This document shows, piece after piece, positions 18,665-28,443 of a stretch of 64,000 nucleotides of DNA. The position numbers and the translations under genes are program-made. The stretch's first letter is position 1; every line of letters begins with the position of its first letter. A model generated the notes under the pieces. The model was given only the letters and a program-made list of their open reading frames with translations. It did no database searches and was not told the origin of the DNA. The DNA is from a virus. The stretch is taken from the IMG/VR virus record IMGVR_UViG_3300014834_000354, positions 37,254 to 101,253 of that record. One strand, written 5' to 3'.

Positions 18665-20857
18665 TCAGTTGATATCAGTTGACGAAAACGCAGGGAATGA
18701 GATTGTGGGTGAATTCAGGTATGTAGAACTTGGCTTGATCAACGTAACCTGCGTCGTCAGATTCCCAGTTATTGACGTATTTATGGATGCATCTCTCTCA
18801 TGAGAATACCTAACTTTAACAGTTATAACAAGTGTGTTATCTAGTTGTTTAACAGCCTTAGCAATAATACGATATCTGACTGGCAAACGAAGTGGATTTC
18901 CTGAAATGCCTCCTCCTTCTTGATAAGACTTGACTTCTAAAATATCCTCAAAACTCGATGATAGCCCATAATAACCATCCCGCTTTGGCATAATTCTAGA
19001 CTTAGTCAAAATAAACTGAGGTTCCATACTATTTGGAGGAGGTGGGATCAAGCTCTGCGAAATTGCGCCACCATAGTCTATTAAATTGTATCCAGAATAT
19101 TGGTAATATTTTCCAACATCACCAGCTGAAGGCACAGTGTATAATACATTAAATGATCCTCTTTCGAAGAATGTATCAGTGTTAAATGCGCCAGCTATGT
19201 ACGTGTCTCCAGCCAAAGATAAAGCATCAGCGAATGTAGAATTGGCGCCAGTGCTACCTGATTGAGCGAAGCTCTTGGAAATTTTAATTTTTCCGCCGGC
19301 ATTAAAAAACGCATTTGATGCTGCAACAGACGCGAATGTTAATGTCACTGTCAATTCTTTTGCATTTTCGCCGGGTGCCAATGCTGTCCATGAGATGGTC
19401 GAAGTTTGGCCGGGCCGTGGAAATTCACCAGCGACGGCTGTTGTGTACGCGTTTGGTGCTGTTGAAAGATTTGAACTATTTTTAATAAGTGAATTTACCG
19501 CGTGTTCTGTTTTTTCATATTCTCTCATAAGAGTTAAAACACCACAATTAATAGGCTGCGCAGCATTTGGCTCAACTATAAATCCCCTATTTGAAATATT
19601 TTCAAGTGCTTCAGCATTCCCTTGATGCCGAGCTATATTTTTAAATTTATCCAATAAATTGAGCCAACTGCCATTATTCACTGCCTGTTGTGTGTCTAAT
19701 TCTATTTGACCATATCCATATGCTTGCGGCGTAATTACCACATCTGTAGATGTTACTGTTTTACCAGTGTCTTCGGCCAGAGAATCCATTCTCATTAAAA
19801 ACTTAACGCTAGTGTCGCCTGGCGCAAGATAATAGCTCTCATTTGTCAGAGTAGATGTATCAAAATCCTGCGTGTATCTTATGACATTTTTTGTTATTCT
19901 GATGCAATCCATCAATCCATAAAATGGGAATAAATCTCTTAACAGTGTATCGTTTTGTGTAAGATAACGCCCAATATAAAGATTGGCTGTTGAGTTTGGT
20001 GGAGTCCAGCCTGTTTTTTCAGCAACAAGTTTTCCATTTAAGAAAATTGCTACGCCATCAGCTGCGGTCGAGAAAGTTACAGCTATGTGGTTCCATTCAT
20101 CCAATTTAACAGTATCAAATTCACGGGATTCTAAATAAGTTTGATAAGTGCCTTCAGAGAACACAACTGATCCATTTTTAGTTATGGCTACTACCCAATC
20201 TTTAGAAGCGCCCTGTTCAATTAGGTTCATAGATGTTATAGTTTTTGGACAAACCCATAGCTCGATTGTTCCGGACGTATATGTGCTTAAGTTTAAATCT
20301 GAGTTTCCAGTAACTGTTATTAATGATGTTCTGCCATTAAAACTTGCTGCCCTATCAGTTACATCAGTTGGCGAACCAGCAATTAGGTTGTAATTCGCGA
20401 CCATCATATTATATTCTTCTGGGCCAGCGACGACGACAGGAGTTGCAAAGGATTTCCAGCTTCCGCCTTGATACATGGTCATTGCTGAATTTGCGGTATT
20501 ATACCACAACATACCTTCAAATGATCTATTCACTGGTGGTGCGCTTGAGTCTACATACACGGAATTAACTGGTTTCCATGTTGAATCGGAATCATAAATT
20601 TTGATTGCATTTAGCGTCGTATCAAACCAAAGCTGCCCTGAAGTTGGCGCAATTGGCGCAATGTTGCTTGCAAAATTTTCGAGCATCCTAACAAAATTTT
20701 CTTGCTGGCCTTCGCCATACCTCGGCGCACCTTTACCAAACAATACCAATGAACACCTTGATGTTCCGGAAGTAGTTCCTGGTTCTAAAGTAACTTTTGG
20801 GGTAAGCGTGATAGTTTGCTTCGTACTGGATGACCAGTTCAGAATATATTCTTGCAT
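18665..20857 (-). CDS. virion structural/tail protein with LamG (ConA-like) domain
   Basis: N-terminal QENFVRMLENFA...GQLWFD; TIELWV, WNHIAVT, IFLNG and LYIG; late promoter upstream. Confidence 0.8.
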   Translation of the reverse strand: MQEYILNWSSSTKQTITLTPKVTLEPGTTSGTSRCSLVLFGKGAPRYGEGQQENFVRMLENFASNIAPIAPTSGQLWFDTTLNAIKIYDSDSTWKPVNSVYVDSSAPPVNRSFEGMLWYNTANSAMTMYQGGSWKSFATPVVVAGPEEYNMMVANYNLIAGSPTDVTDRAASFNGRTSLITVTGNSDLNLSTYTSGTIELWVCPKTITSMNLIEQGASKDWVVAITKNGSVVFSEGTYQTYLESREFDTVKLDEWNHIAVTFSTAADGVAIFLNGKLVAEKTGWTPPNSTANLYIGRYLTQNDTLLRDLFPFYGLMDCIRITKNVIRYTQDFDTSTLTNESYYLAPGDTSVKFLMRMDSLAEDTGKTVTSTDVVITPQAYGYGQIELDTQQAVNNGSWLNLLDKFKNIARHQGNAEALENISNRGFIVEPNAAQPINCGVLTLMREYEKTEHAVNSLIKNSSNLSTAPNAYTTAVAGEFPRPGQTSTISWTALAPGENAKELTVTLTFASVAASNAFFNAGGKIKISKSFAQSGSTGANSTFADALSLAGDTYIAGAFNTDTFFERGSFNVLYTVPSAGDVGKYYQYSGYNLIDYGGAISQSLIPPPPNSMEPQFILTKSRIMPKRDGYYGLSSSFEDILEVKSYQEGGGISGNPLRLPVRYRIIAKAVKQLDNTLVITVKVRYSHERDASINTSITGNLTTQVTLIKPSSTYLNSPTISFPAFSSTDIN

Positions 20858-20935
20858 TATATCTCCTAATGTCTGCTGGCTCAGACAGATGTTATAACTT
20901 TATGTGATACCAGTATTTTCACGTAAAGTTTATCA

Positions 20936-20943
20936 TATTTATA
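20936..20943 (-). promoter_or_regulatory. late promoter TATAAATA
   Basis: Exact consensus ahead of a structural gene. Confidence 0.7.
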
Positions 20944-20971
20944 AAAAAGGCCCTAGTATTACTAGGGCCTT
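20943..20971 (-). terminator. intrinsic terminator after phoH
   Basis: AAGGCCCTAGT / ACTAGGGCCTT stem plus U-tract. Confidence 0.85.
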
Positions 20972-21001
20972 AAGCGTGATAAACACTAAGCAGTTAATAA
21001 A

Positions 21002-21784
21002 TTACAACTCTACCCCTCCATATAAGGTTTTACGATCTGCTTGTGGTCGCGCTGGACCTGGACCATCGAGGTGCGTCAGGATTGTTGTGATTATTGGATT
21101 TCTAACAATATCGGCTCGGTCAAACGTGCAGACCATGATGCTTGGGTCAATGCCAGTTAACCGCTCTGAAAGCCATGACAACGAATTCTCATTTTTATGA
21201 GAAGGTAAATCGGATTGGGAAGGATCGCCATTAATTGCAAATGTAGAATCATAACCAATACGAGTGATGAACATGCGGAGCTGTTCACGTGTTGCATTCT
21301 GAGCTTCATCTAAAATAACGAAACAATTATTGAAACCGCGGCCTCGCATATATGCTAATGGCGCAATTTCTATTTTACCGGCATCCATTAATTTTTTGGT
21401 CATGGTTGGGCCGATGTGATCTTGAATGCTATCGATTAAGGGTAAAAGATAAGGATGGAGTTTTTCTTCCATGGTACCAGGAAGGAAACCTAGATGTTCG
21501 CCGGCTTCGACGACAGGGCGTGATAAAACAATTTTGGAGACTTGATTTGAGAGGAGTTTTTCCAGGGCGAGAGCGGTAACTAGAAAAGTCTTACCAGAGC
21601 CTGCTGGACCTAAACATATGGTGATTGTCGACTCGCGGAGTGCATCAATATAAAACTCCTGAGCGGCATTTTTTGGCTGTATTTTATGTTTTATGAATAT
21701 TTCTTTTTCTGCTATTGGCTGCGGATATTTTTGTTTTGGTGTCCGCAGTGGTGTCGCTTTTGCCTTTGTTGCAGATCTTGCCAT
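21002..21784 (-). CDS. phoH: PhoH-like protein
   Basis: GPAGSGKT, LGFLPG, YMRGR, LDEAQN and GDPSQSDL. Confidence 0.95.
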   Translation of the reverse strand: MARSATKAKATPLRTPKQKYPQPIAEKEIFIKHKIQPKNAAQEFYIDALRESTITICLGPAGSGKTFLVTALALEKLLSNQVSKIVLSRPVVEAGEHLGFLPGTMEEKLHPYLLPLIDSIQDHIGPTMTKKLMDAGKIEIAPLAYMRGRGFNNCFVILDEAQNATREQLRMFITRIGYDSTFAINGDPSQSDLPSHKNENSLSWLSERLTGIDPSIMVCTFDRADIVRNPIITTILTHLDGPGPARPQADRKTLYGGVEL

Positions 21785-21893
21785 TTTAATGTCCTTCTCG
21801 TATAAAGGTTCAGAGTTGAAAATGATCTAAGAACTTAGACTAATATAAAACTTTTATTACCTCCTTTCAAAAATGGTTTATCTAATTTGAAGC

Positions 21894-22256
21894 TCAGTCT
21901 TGTTTTCTTAGAACATACTTAATCCAATCAAGAACTTCCATCTGTTCTTCATCTTTAGACAAAGATGCAAATGGTTCACCGGCATACAAGCTGGCATAAA
22001 GCCATTGTACTAATTCGAGTAGTTCTGATTGATTGAGATTTTTGACGGCATTAAGAGTTTCTTCCGTTGGTGGATGTTCTCTTAATTCATGAATGGCAAC
22101 GGCTGGACGATATTTGAAGAAATGAACAAGATTTGCGATAAGCTGTGTTTGAGCCGTATTTGTTAATTTGCCAGCATTGATGACTTCTTTTAGAATCATG
22201 TAAATCTCAATTGGGATGAGACTTTCGAATACTGGAGTGATTTGTGATAGTTTCAT
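21894..22256 (-). CDS. hypothetical late protein
   Basis: TATAAATA at 22293-22300 upstream. Confidence 0.65.
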   Translation of the reverse strand: MKLSQITPVFESLIPIEIYMILKEVINAGKLTNTAQTQLIANLVHFFKYRPAVAIHELREHPPTEETLNAVKNLNQSELLELVQWLYASLYAGEPFASLSKDEEQMEVLDWIKYVLRKQD

Positions 22257-22292
22257 ATTATTATATATGGTTAAATTGTTTATATACGATTT

Positions 22293-22363
22293 TATTTATA
22301 AGATTTTTTTCAAAGACAGTTTATGATTTACAACTTTTTACTTAACTTTTGATGCTATAAATA
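22293..22363. promoter_or_regulatory. divergent pair of late promoters (TATAAATA, minus 22293-22300; plus 22356-22363)
   Basis: Two exact consensus copies facing the flanking divergent genes. Confidence 0.7.
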
Positions 22364-22386
22364 ATCAATTTAGGAGGTATACTCAT

Positions 22387-22581
22387 ATGGATAATTCAGA
22401 ATTTGATAAAATAGATTCCTCTCGTTGGGAAAGTATGTCTGTTAATGAATTGATTGAACAGAAATCAATAATATTGAACAGATACTTTTATCTCTCTTCA
22501 AGAGGAGTTCCTTATGCTCAAACTTTAAGTTCTGGTATTACTAAACTAGATAACTTAATTAATTCAAAAATCAACGCGTAG
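22387..22581 (+). CDS. hypothetical late protein
   Basis: AGGAGG RBS and late promoter. Confidence 0.75.
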   Translation: MDNSEFDKIDSSRWESMSVNELIEQKSIILNRYFYLSSRGVPYAQTLSSGITKLDNLINSKINA

Positions 22582-23251
22582 CTTTTACCTTTTTTGGAAT
22601 TTTCACAACTGTGCTTTCTGGCGGAGCAAAGTGGTCAGCAACAACATCGCATAGACCAAACTTTTTACATTCCTGCGGTGTTAACCAACGATCAGATGGC
22701 GCGAGCAAAATATCTTTAATTTGTTTCTCAGTCATAGATGAGTGAGTCATGAAATATTTGACAAACTGGTGCTCCAGCTGCACGTGTCTTTTTTGTCCTG
22801 CGACTAATTCGTGATGTTTTCCTTCAAGGTATGAATAAAACTGGTGCGCCATAATTGCTGAGTTCTTTGTTAATACTCGACGGCCTTTTGTTCCTGCGGC
22901 CAGAATCAACAGAGCCATTGATGCAATTAGACCAACACCAACAGTTTGAATTGGCAATCTTGACGTTTCCATTACATCAATTATTGCAAAACCATCAGTA
23001 ACATGTCCACCTGGACTATTGATAAAAAGATTTAACACATATGAATCCGGAAGAAGCATATTTGCCTTAAGCAAGAATTCTATTGCAAACAACGATGTGG
23101 ATTCTGAAATTTCACCAAACAACATATGTGAACCGAGGGCCTGAATAGAAAAATTATCCATTGGCAATAAACTTAAACCTCCGGCACCAGCTTGGTCATC
23201 TGAATTATCCGAAGAGTTGTCCAGCTGTTTGATTGATTTCAATGATTTCAT
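22571..23251 (-). CDS. clpP: ClpP-like serine protease
   Basis: INSPGG, catalytic Ser (IASMA), His (MAHQ) and Asp (SDRWL). Confidence 0.9.
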   Translation of the reverse strand: MKSLKSIKQLDNSSDNSDDQAGAGGLSLLPMDNFSIQALGSHMLFGEISESTSLFAIEFLLKANMLLPDSYVLNLFINSPGGHVTDGFAIIDVMETSRLPIQTVGVGLIASMALLILAAGTKGRRVLTKNSAIMAHQFYSYLEGKHHELVAGQKRHVQLEHQFVKYFMTHSSMTEKQIKDILLAPSDRWLTPQECKKFGLCDVVADHFAPPESTVVKIPKKVKATR

Positions 23252-23378
23252 ATTTTTTATGTCCTAATATTATGATGGATTTTATTAATACTGTCAAAAC
23301 ATAATTAATTTTGATTATAAGTATTTACAATTCGCAACTACGCCAATTTTGAATCTACTCTATAACCAAATAATAATT

Positions 23379-24512
23379 TCACTCAATTTCCCCAATGCTT
23401 TGTAAAAGATTCAACTGCTTTAAACTAAATTTTTCTTTTAACAGATACTTGATAAAAAATTGTTTAAAATTAGCTTCTTTGCCAGAAAACATGGTCATCA
23501 TTAAACCAAACTCGGCGCAATTTTTATGCTTAATTGCAAAATCTTTACGTTCAAGATGTTTATCTTTTTCAACAAGCTCAGAAACTCTTGATACAAGATG
23601 TCTCAAATCCGATAAGACATGAGATTCAATTTCTAAAATTTGCGCAATATCAACGCCTTCACCAACTAGAGTGGATTTTACATCGTCGAGTTCTTCATTA
23701 AGGGCCATCTCAGCAACATCACGCTCGCGCATGAATGTCATAACATGGTGACGTTTTAAATACCAATCGGTTTTTAATTTTACCATATCACCATTTTCAA
23801 ATTGAACAATCCACCCTTCTATTCCCTCAACAGTTTTCGCAAGCTCAATAAGATGCTCTCCAAGCTTTTCAGCCGGAACATTAAATGTTGGTTCAGTCAC
23901 AGCAGAAATATTGAACTCCTTAACTAAGGAGGTAATTGTTTCTTTATCGAGATATTCGCCAGTCATATTATTTCGAATATGTAAAAGACGTAATTCTTCT
24001 TGCGGATAATAAACAACAATCCGCGCAGTCGGAGAGGTCCACTCGAAAATAGCCGTGCAATTCCGTTCTACTATACGAGAACAAAATTTCCGCGTATTTT
24101 CACCAGCAGCTGAATTGAGCCAATCTGTTGCAGCTAACGCCACATCCGAATTAAATGATTTTTTGGATTTTAATCTTACGCCATTTTCGTTAGCAACAGT
24201 GTGAATCATAGAACCATCAAGCTTATCCATGACTCTAACAACTTTTGTCCAATCGAGGGCGTGTAGCTGTGTTTGTTCACGTTCATTAACATTGAAAAAC
24301 TTATGCAATGGCCGAGCGACCACAGCGCCAGATTTATTATTGAACACAATCCCACGGCATTCCCTGGCCCAAGCCGTATTAAATGTATCTGGCGCAGAAA
24401 TCATATAACAGAATGAAGTTAAATCATCGCCAATGACCATCTCACGAATTTCTTCTTGATGACAAATATGCGACTTAAACTCATCAATATGAGTAATATT
24501 TGGGAATTGCAT
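23379..24512 (-). CDS. rnlA: T4 Rnl1-like RNA ligase
   Basis: RECRG, KFFNVNE, KLDGS, EGWIV and KLKTDWY. Confidence 0.92.
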   Translation of the reverse strand: MQFPNITHIDEFKSHICHQEEIREMVIGDDLTSFCYMISAPDTFNTAWARECRGIVFNNKSGAVVARPLHKFFNVNEREQTQLHALDWTKVVRVMDKLDGSMIHTVANENGVRLKSKKSFNSDVALAATDWLNSAAGENTRKFCSRIVERNCTAIFEWTSPTARIVVYYPQEELRLLHIRNNMTGEYLDKETITSLVKEFNISAVTEPTFNVPAEKLGEHLIELAKTVEGIEGWIVQFENGDMVKLKTDWYLKRHHVMTFMRERDVAEMALNEELDDVKSTLVGEGVDIAQILEIESHVLSDLRHLVSRVSELVEKDKHLERKDFAIKHKNCAEFGLMMTMFSGKEANFKQFFIKYLLKEKFSLKQLNLLQSIGEIE

Positions 24513-24544
24513 TGTTGATCCAGTATTAATTTAAAATATGATAA

Positions 24545-24573
24545 ATTCAGCGGGGCAAAAAACCCCGCTGAAT
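24545..24573. terminator. GC-rich hairpin, probable terminator
   Basis: ATTCAGCGGGG / CCCCGCTGAAT. Confidence 0.65.
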
Positions 24574-24580
24574 CTGATGA

Positions 24581-24766
24581 TTACAGATAGCCTAAAACCA
24601 AGCCCACGGTTGCTGCGACATTTACGAACAAAACTGCCACGGTAGCAAATAACACTCGCTTAACTGAAGTGAGTACTTTATCTTGATCAAGATTTTTTTG
24701 ATCATAGGCTGAAACGAACGCTTTGAATTCATCTGCAGTAAAAATGTTAGAATTCATAATCTTCAT
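24581..24766 (-). CDS. small membrane protein
   Basis: C-terminal hydrophobic helix; AGGAG RBS. Confidence 0.65.
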   Translation of the reverse strand: MKIMNSNIFTADEFKAFVSAYDQKNLDQDKVLTSVKRVLFATVAVLFVNVAATVGLVLGYL

Positions 24767-24847
24767 TATGTATTATCTCCTATAGTGTTAATAAAATCCA
24801 ATTAATATTATAACATATTGCGCAAATAATATTGGATTTTACGTTAA

Positions 24848-25444
24848 TCAATTGTCAAGCTGTTGATCTTTTAATATCTGTGCATTGTACTGAGCTGCGT
24901 AGAATTTATCTTTTGCGATTGCTTCTTCTCCGGCCGGAAATCTGCCTTTAAGAACATCTGTCGCATATTGAAATGCCCATTCCGCGTCTTTAGCAATCGC
25001 AGCTTCACCTTCTGGAAATCGGCCCCTAATAACAAATTTTGCATATCTGAATGCCCATCTTGGGTCTTTAGCAATTGCAGCTTCGCCTTGTGGGAACCTT
25101 TTTCTTAAAAGAACATCTTTTGCGTAGTGATATGAATAATATGCATCTTTAGCAATTGCTGCTTCACCTTCCGGAAATTTATCGTGAAGCACTTCCTCCG
25201 CGTAATAATACGAGAGTTTTGTATCTTTTGCAATTGCTGCTTCACCGGCTTGGAACGGTTTCTTTAGAACACGTCTGGCGTACTTATATGCATACTCGCC
25301 ATCTTTAGCAATTGCTGCTTCACGCTTCTTCAATTCTTCAGGATCATTTTCATATTTGTCCCAAAATAATTTTGGGACCACATCATGCGCCTCATGATAA
25401 TGCGATAGTTCTTCTGGATTAGCATGCAATTTATACAGGTTCAT
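24848..25444 (-). CDS. tandem-repeat protein (six ~26-aa GEAAIAKD repeats)
   Basis: Repeats visible in both protein and DNA. Confidence 0.85.
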   Translation of the reverse strand: MNLYKLHANPEELSHYHEAHDVVPKLFWDKYENDPEELKKREAAIAKDGEYAYKYARRVLKKPFQAGEAAIAKDTKLSYYYAEEVLHDKFPEGEAAIAKDAYYSYHYAKDVLLRKRFPQGEAAIAKDPRWAFRYAKFVIRGRFPEGEAAIAKDAEWAFQYATDVLKGRFPAGEEAIAKDKFYAAQYNAQILKDQQLDN

Positions 25445-25456
25445 GATTCAATCATT

Positions 25457-25696
25457 TTACTTTTTCTGATCATCCTCTGAATCATCATCATAATCATCGA
25501 AGTCGTCATAGTCGTCTTCTAATTCATCGCTTTTAAGCTGATTTAAATATCTCTTAAAATTGATTTTCTGATGACGTTTTGCTTGATGATCATCAAATTC
25601 GCCGTGACTGCGTTTTTTACCCTTCTTTTTAGAGTGTTTTTCTACACGTGAATTTTTAATGTAAAGATCCTCTTTTGACATAATCCTATTTCTCAA
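25457..25696 (-). CDS. hypothetical protein with basic N-terminus and acidic C-terminus
   Basis: Operon ORF. Confidence 0.6.
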   Translation of the reverse strand: MRNRIMSKEDLYIKNSRVEKHSKKKGKKRSHGEFDDHQAKRHQKINFKRYLNQLKSDELEDDYDDFDDYDDDSEDDQKK

Positions 25697-25913
25697 TTAA
25701 GTTAATGAAAGTTTTGAAGCTAAGTTTTTCTTCTTCTGTTATATTTAACATTTTCTTTAACGTACCGGTGGCGTACGCCCATTTGCGTGAAGAATCTTTC
25801 TTTCTTGGAAATTTTTCTTCAGCTCCTTTTTTAGCTTTAAGCCATAAGTCTTCAACTTCTTTTTCTGACTTATCGGCTCGTTCTGCAAAAGATTTTATGA
25901 TGGCTGCTGGCAT
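25686..25913 (-). CDS. small helical protein, ChaB-like
   Basis: KSEKEVEDLWLKAKK...WAYATGTLKKM; start placed at MPAAII. Confidence 0.5.
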   Translation of the reverse strand: MPAAIIKSFAERADKSEKEVEDLWLKAKKGAEEKFPRKKDSSRKWAYATGTLKKMLNITEEEKLSFKTFINLIEK

Positions 25914-25923
25914 GATATTAATA

Positions 25924-27024
25924 TTATACATTAGTTTTGGCTATTTTAACCTTCATTTCTGTAGGTTTAATTTCACCTTTGGTGTTTCTGATTTCGATAA
26001 CATATGTAGTAAATTCATTCCATAGCTTTATCTTTAATTGTTTTGAAGAAGTATGTGGATAAGAAATTTCTGATACGCATAAATCTTTTAATAAAATATC
26101 ATGCACAAAATCTTTATCCATCTTCAAAACTTTAAAATTCGTACCATTATGTCTAACGTAAAGATAATTAAATCCCCATGAATTAGTCATAAAATCATAA
26201 AAGGCACTATCTACTGGAATTTTCCTAACAGTGTTATCTACTACAGGCTTCATTTCTTTTTCATCTCTGTAAGCTTTAAGCCCCTTAGAGAAGTTTGAAA
26301 AATTGACGCCTATTTCACGGAGCATTTCATAAAGTGAATTTGATTTATTTACTTCTAAATGCTCCGTGAATAAACGATTCATGCCAATGTTTGCAAATGT
26401 ATCACCGGTTTGATTCTTAATGGAGAGGTAGAGTCGGTTTCCATTTTGCAATTCTATTATAATATCAGCTACAACTTCACCAATTTTTTCAGCCGGAATG
26501 TTGGCTCTTGAGGTTGAACCGGATCTTTTTCTTATTTCTTTAATCTGAGAAATATCAAAATCCTGGACAACTTTTCCTAGAGCTTCAAATAAGTTCTTAG
26601 CTTCTTCAACTTTCTTACTTTTAACTGGTTCCTTTATATACTTCTTAAGTTTTGAAAATAATTCATTTTCAAAAACTTCACCTTCATTTGCACCTTTTAT
26701 GACAACTATATCATACTTTTTATCAGCTTTATCAAAAGAAACACTTAAACCTTTTTCTGAATTTTTACCAGATTTAATGTTTTCAATTTCAAGCTCATTT
26801 GCTACTTGTTTCAATTGCTCTTCAATTTTTTCTACTGAAGGCAATTTAACTCGATTCTTAATTTTATTGGGCTTTAACTTAATCTCAACAGTTTTGCCTT
26901 CTTCCAGATTACGCTTTTTAGAAATAACAAGACCCAACTTATTTTCCATTAGTTGGGCGAAGTTATTAATAAAAGCTGCATCTGAATTCAGATGCTTATC
27001 TAATACTGGTTCTTCTAGACTCAT
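25924..27024 (-). CDS. putative PD-(D/E)XK-type nuclease
   Basis: GEVFE...VADIII...YLSIK motif; late promoter at 27052-27059. Confidence 0.5.
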   Translation of the reverse strand: MSLEEPVLDKHLNSDAAFINNFAQLMENKLGLVISKKRNLEEGKTVEIKLKPNKIKNRVKLPSVEKIEEQLKQVANELEIENIKSGKNSEKGLSVSFDKADKKYDIVVIKGANEGEVFENELFSKLKKYIKEPVKSKKVEEAKNLFEALGKVVQDFDISQIKEIRKRSGSTSRANIPAEKIGEVVADIIIELQNGNRLYLSIKNQTGDTFANIGMNRLFTEHLEVNKSNSLYEMLREIGVNFSNFSKGLKAYRDEKEMKPVVDNTVRKIPVDSAFYDFMTNSWGFNYLYVRHNGTNFKVLKMDKDFVHDILLKDLCVSEISYPHTSSKQLKIKLWNEFTTYVIEIRNTKGEIKPTEMKVKIAKTNV

Positions 27025-27051
27025 CTTATTTTAAAGTTAAAAGAGGCAATT

Positions 27052-27059
27052 TATTTATA
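27052..27059 (-). promoter_or_regulatory. late promoter TATAAATA
   Basis: Exact consensus 28 nt before the ATG. Confidence 0.7.
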
Positions 27060-27084
27060 CAATTTTTATAAAATATAACTAATT

Positions 27085-27372
27085 TTAATGCTTTTTTAGA
27101 TAATTGAGCCAATTTTTTATTCTTTCCAATTTATCGGTTTTTGCTGATTCTAGTAATTCGTCAGTTAATCCAAGATCAGATTGCTTTGTTAATTCAATTA
27201 ATGCCAATACGTCGCCCAATTCAATTGCGAGCATTTCTAAATTGGTTTTACCTTTGTAGTCAGTATCAAGCCCAAAACGTTTAATTTTAGAAATCGCCTG
27301 AATGACTTCAGCGCATTCTTCGGCTAAGATTAACAGGATTTCAGTTTGTGTTGGTGATAGAGTGTGCATCAA
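27085..27372 (-). CDS. MazG-like nucleotide pyrophosphohydrolase
   Basis: AEECAEVIQAISK...ELGDV. Confidence 0.8.
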   Translation of the reverse strand: MMHTLSPTQTEILLILAEECAEVIQAISKIKRFGLDTDYKGKTNLEMLAIELGDVLALIELTKQSDLGLTDELLESAKTDKLERIKNWLNYLKKH

Positions 27373-28054
27373 TAACCTCAGTTAAGATATTTGGTTTATA
27401 ACCCATGATTTCCACGGATACATTAATATGTTTTTTGCCTTCAATTAATTTATCATGTATATGACCATGAATATTGATCACATTTTCAGGAATCATTTCT
27501 GTTCTGATTGGATAATGTGTAACCCAATATTCGCGATCTTCATGAAAGAAAACCTGTATTGCATCAGCCCATGGAAATTTCAAATCTGCTTTCCACACGT
27601 CCTGATCGTGATTTCCGACAATCAATCTACATGGCTGAATCACATCCCATAATGTCTGAACGGCAGCGACCCTGCCCATTGCGAAATCCCCAACAATTAA
27701 AGCTAAATCATCTTTAGGCACGGACTGCGCAGCTGATAATAAAGCATTATTCATTTCAATCACGTCTGAGAACGGCCTTGAGCAATATTTTATTATGTTG
27801 GCGTGATTGAAATGTAAGTCGGACCAAATCCAGATTTTCCGTTTAGCTTCGATAGCTGTTTGCAGCCAAGCAGTTTCTTCTGGTGTTTGAGTCAATGCTT
27901 GCGCATTGATGATTTTAAGAAGATTGATAAAGTTACTTTTGCCTGGATTAGATGCCTTGTCCAAATGTGGCATGAGGATGGGAGTTGACAGATGTTTAAC
28001 ATAAACATCAAACGCAAACTTTCGCCGTTCAGCTGCCCGCTCAATTATAGACAT
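27341..28054 (-). CDS. calcineurin-like metallophosphoesterase
   Basis: SDLH, GD, GNHD, THYP and HGHIH. Confidence 0.88.
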   Translation of the reverse strand: MSIIERAAERRKFAFDVYVKHLSTPILMPHLDKASNPGKSNFINLLKIINAQALTQTPEETAWLQTAIEAKRKIWIWSDLHFNHANIIKYCSRPFSDVIEMNNALLSAAQSVPKDDLALIVGDFAMGRVAAVQTLWDVIQPCRLIVGNHDQDVWKADLKFPWADAIQVFFHEDREYWVTHYPIRTEMIPENVINIHGHIHDKLIEGKKHINVSVEIMGYKPNILTEVIDAHSITNTN

Positions 28055-28056
28055 TT

Positions 28057-28401
28057 TTACCCTTGCTGCAATTTACTGAAACATTCTTTTTCAACATCAA
28101 CTAATCTATCTAGCCCATCACGTTCACGCACTGAAAAATTCTCCCATGAAATATAAATTTCAGATGGATTTTCAGAATCTGCGTAAATGTCAATCATATC
28201 ATCAAGCCTAATGCATGGCTCGCTTTTCCAATTTTCAGTAGGCATCTTCCAATGAAAGTTGCCTACGTCTTTATTTTCCGGGATATAACTTAGGTTGTCA
28301 GAAAGTTGACACATGATTGCTGTTTTGAAAATTAATTTTTTGAATAAATCTTTTGTTAATTCATCAGCCGGTTCAAATAGGTCCATTGTGTCTTTTTCCA
28401 T
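28057..28401 (-). CDS. hypothetical protein
   Basis: Operon ORF. Confidence 0.6.
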   Translation of the reverse strand: MEKDTMDLFEPADELTKDLFKKLIFKTAIMCQLSDNLSYIPENKDVGNFHWKMPTENWKSEPCIRLDDMIDIYADSENPSEIYISWENFSVRERDGLDRLVDVEKECFSKLQQG

Positions 28402-28443
28402 TTTATTTTGATGATAACAAATTATTTAAGTTAAATTAGAACG

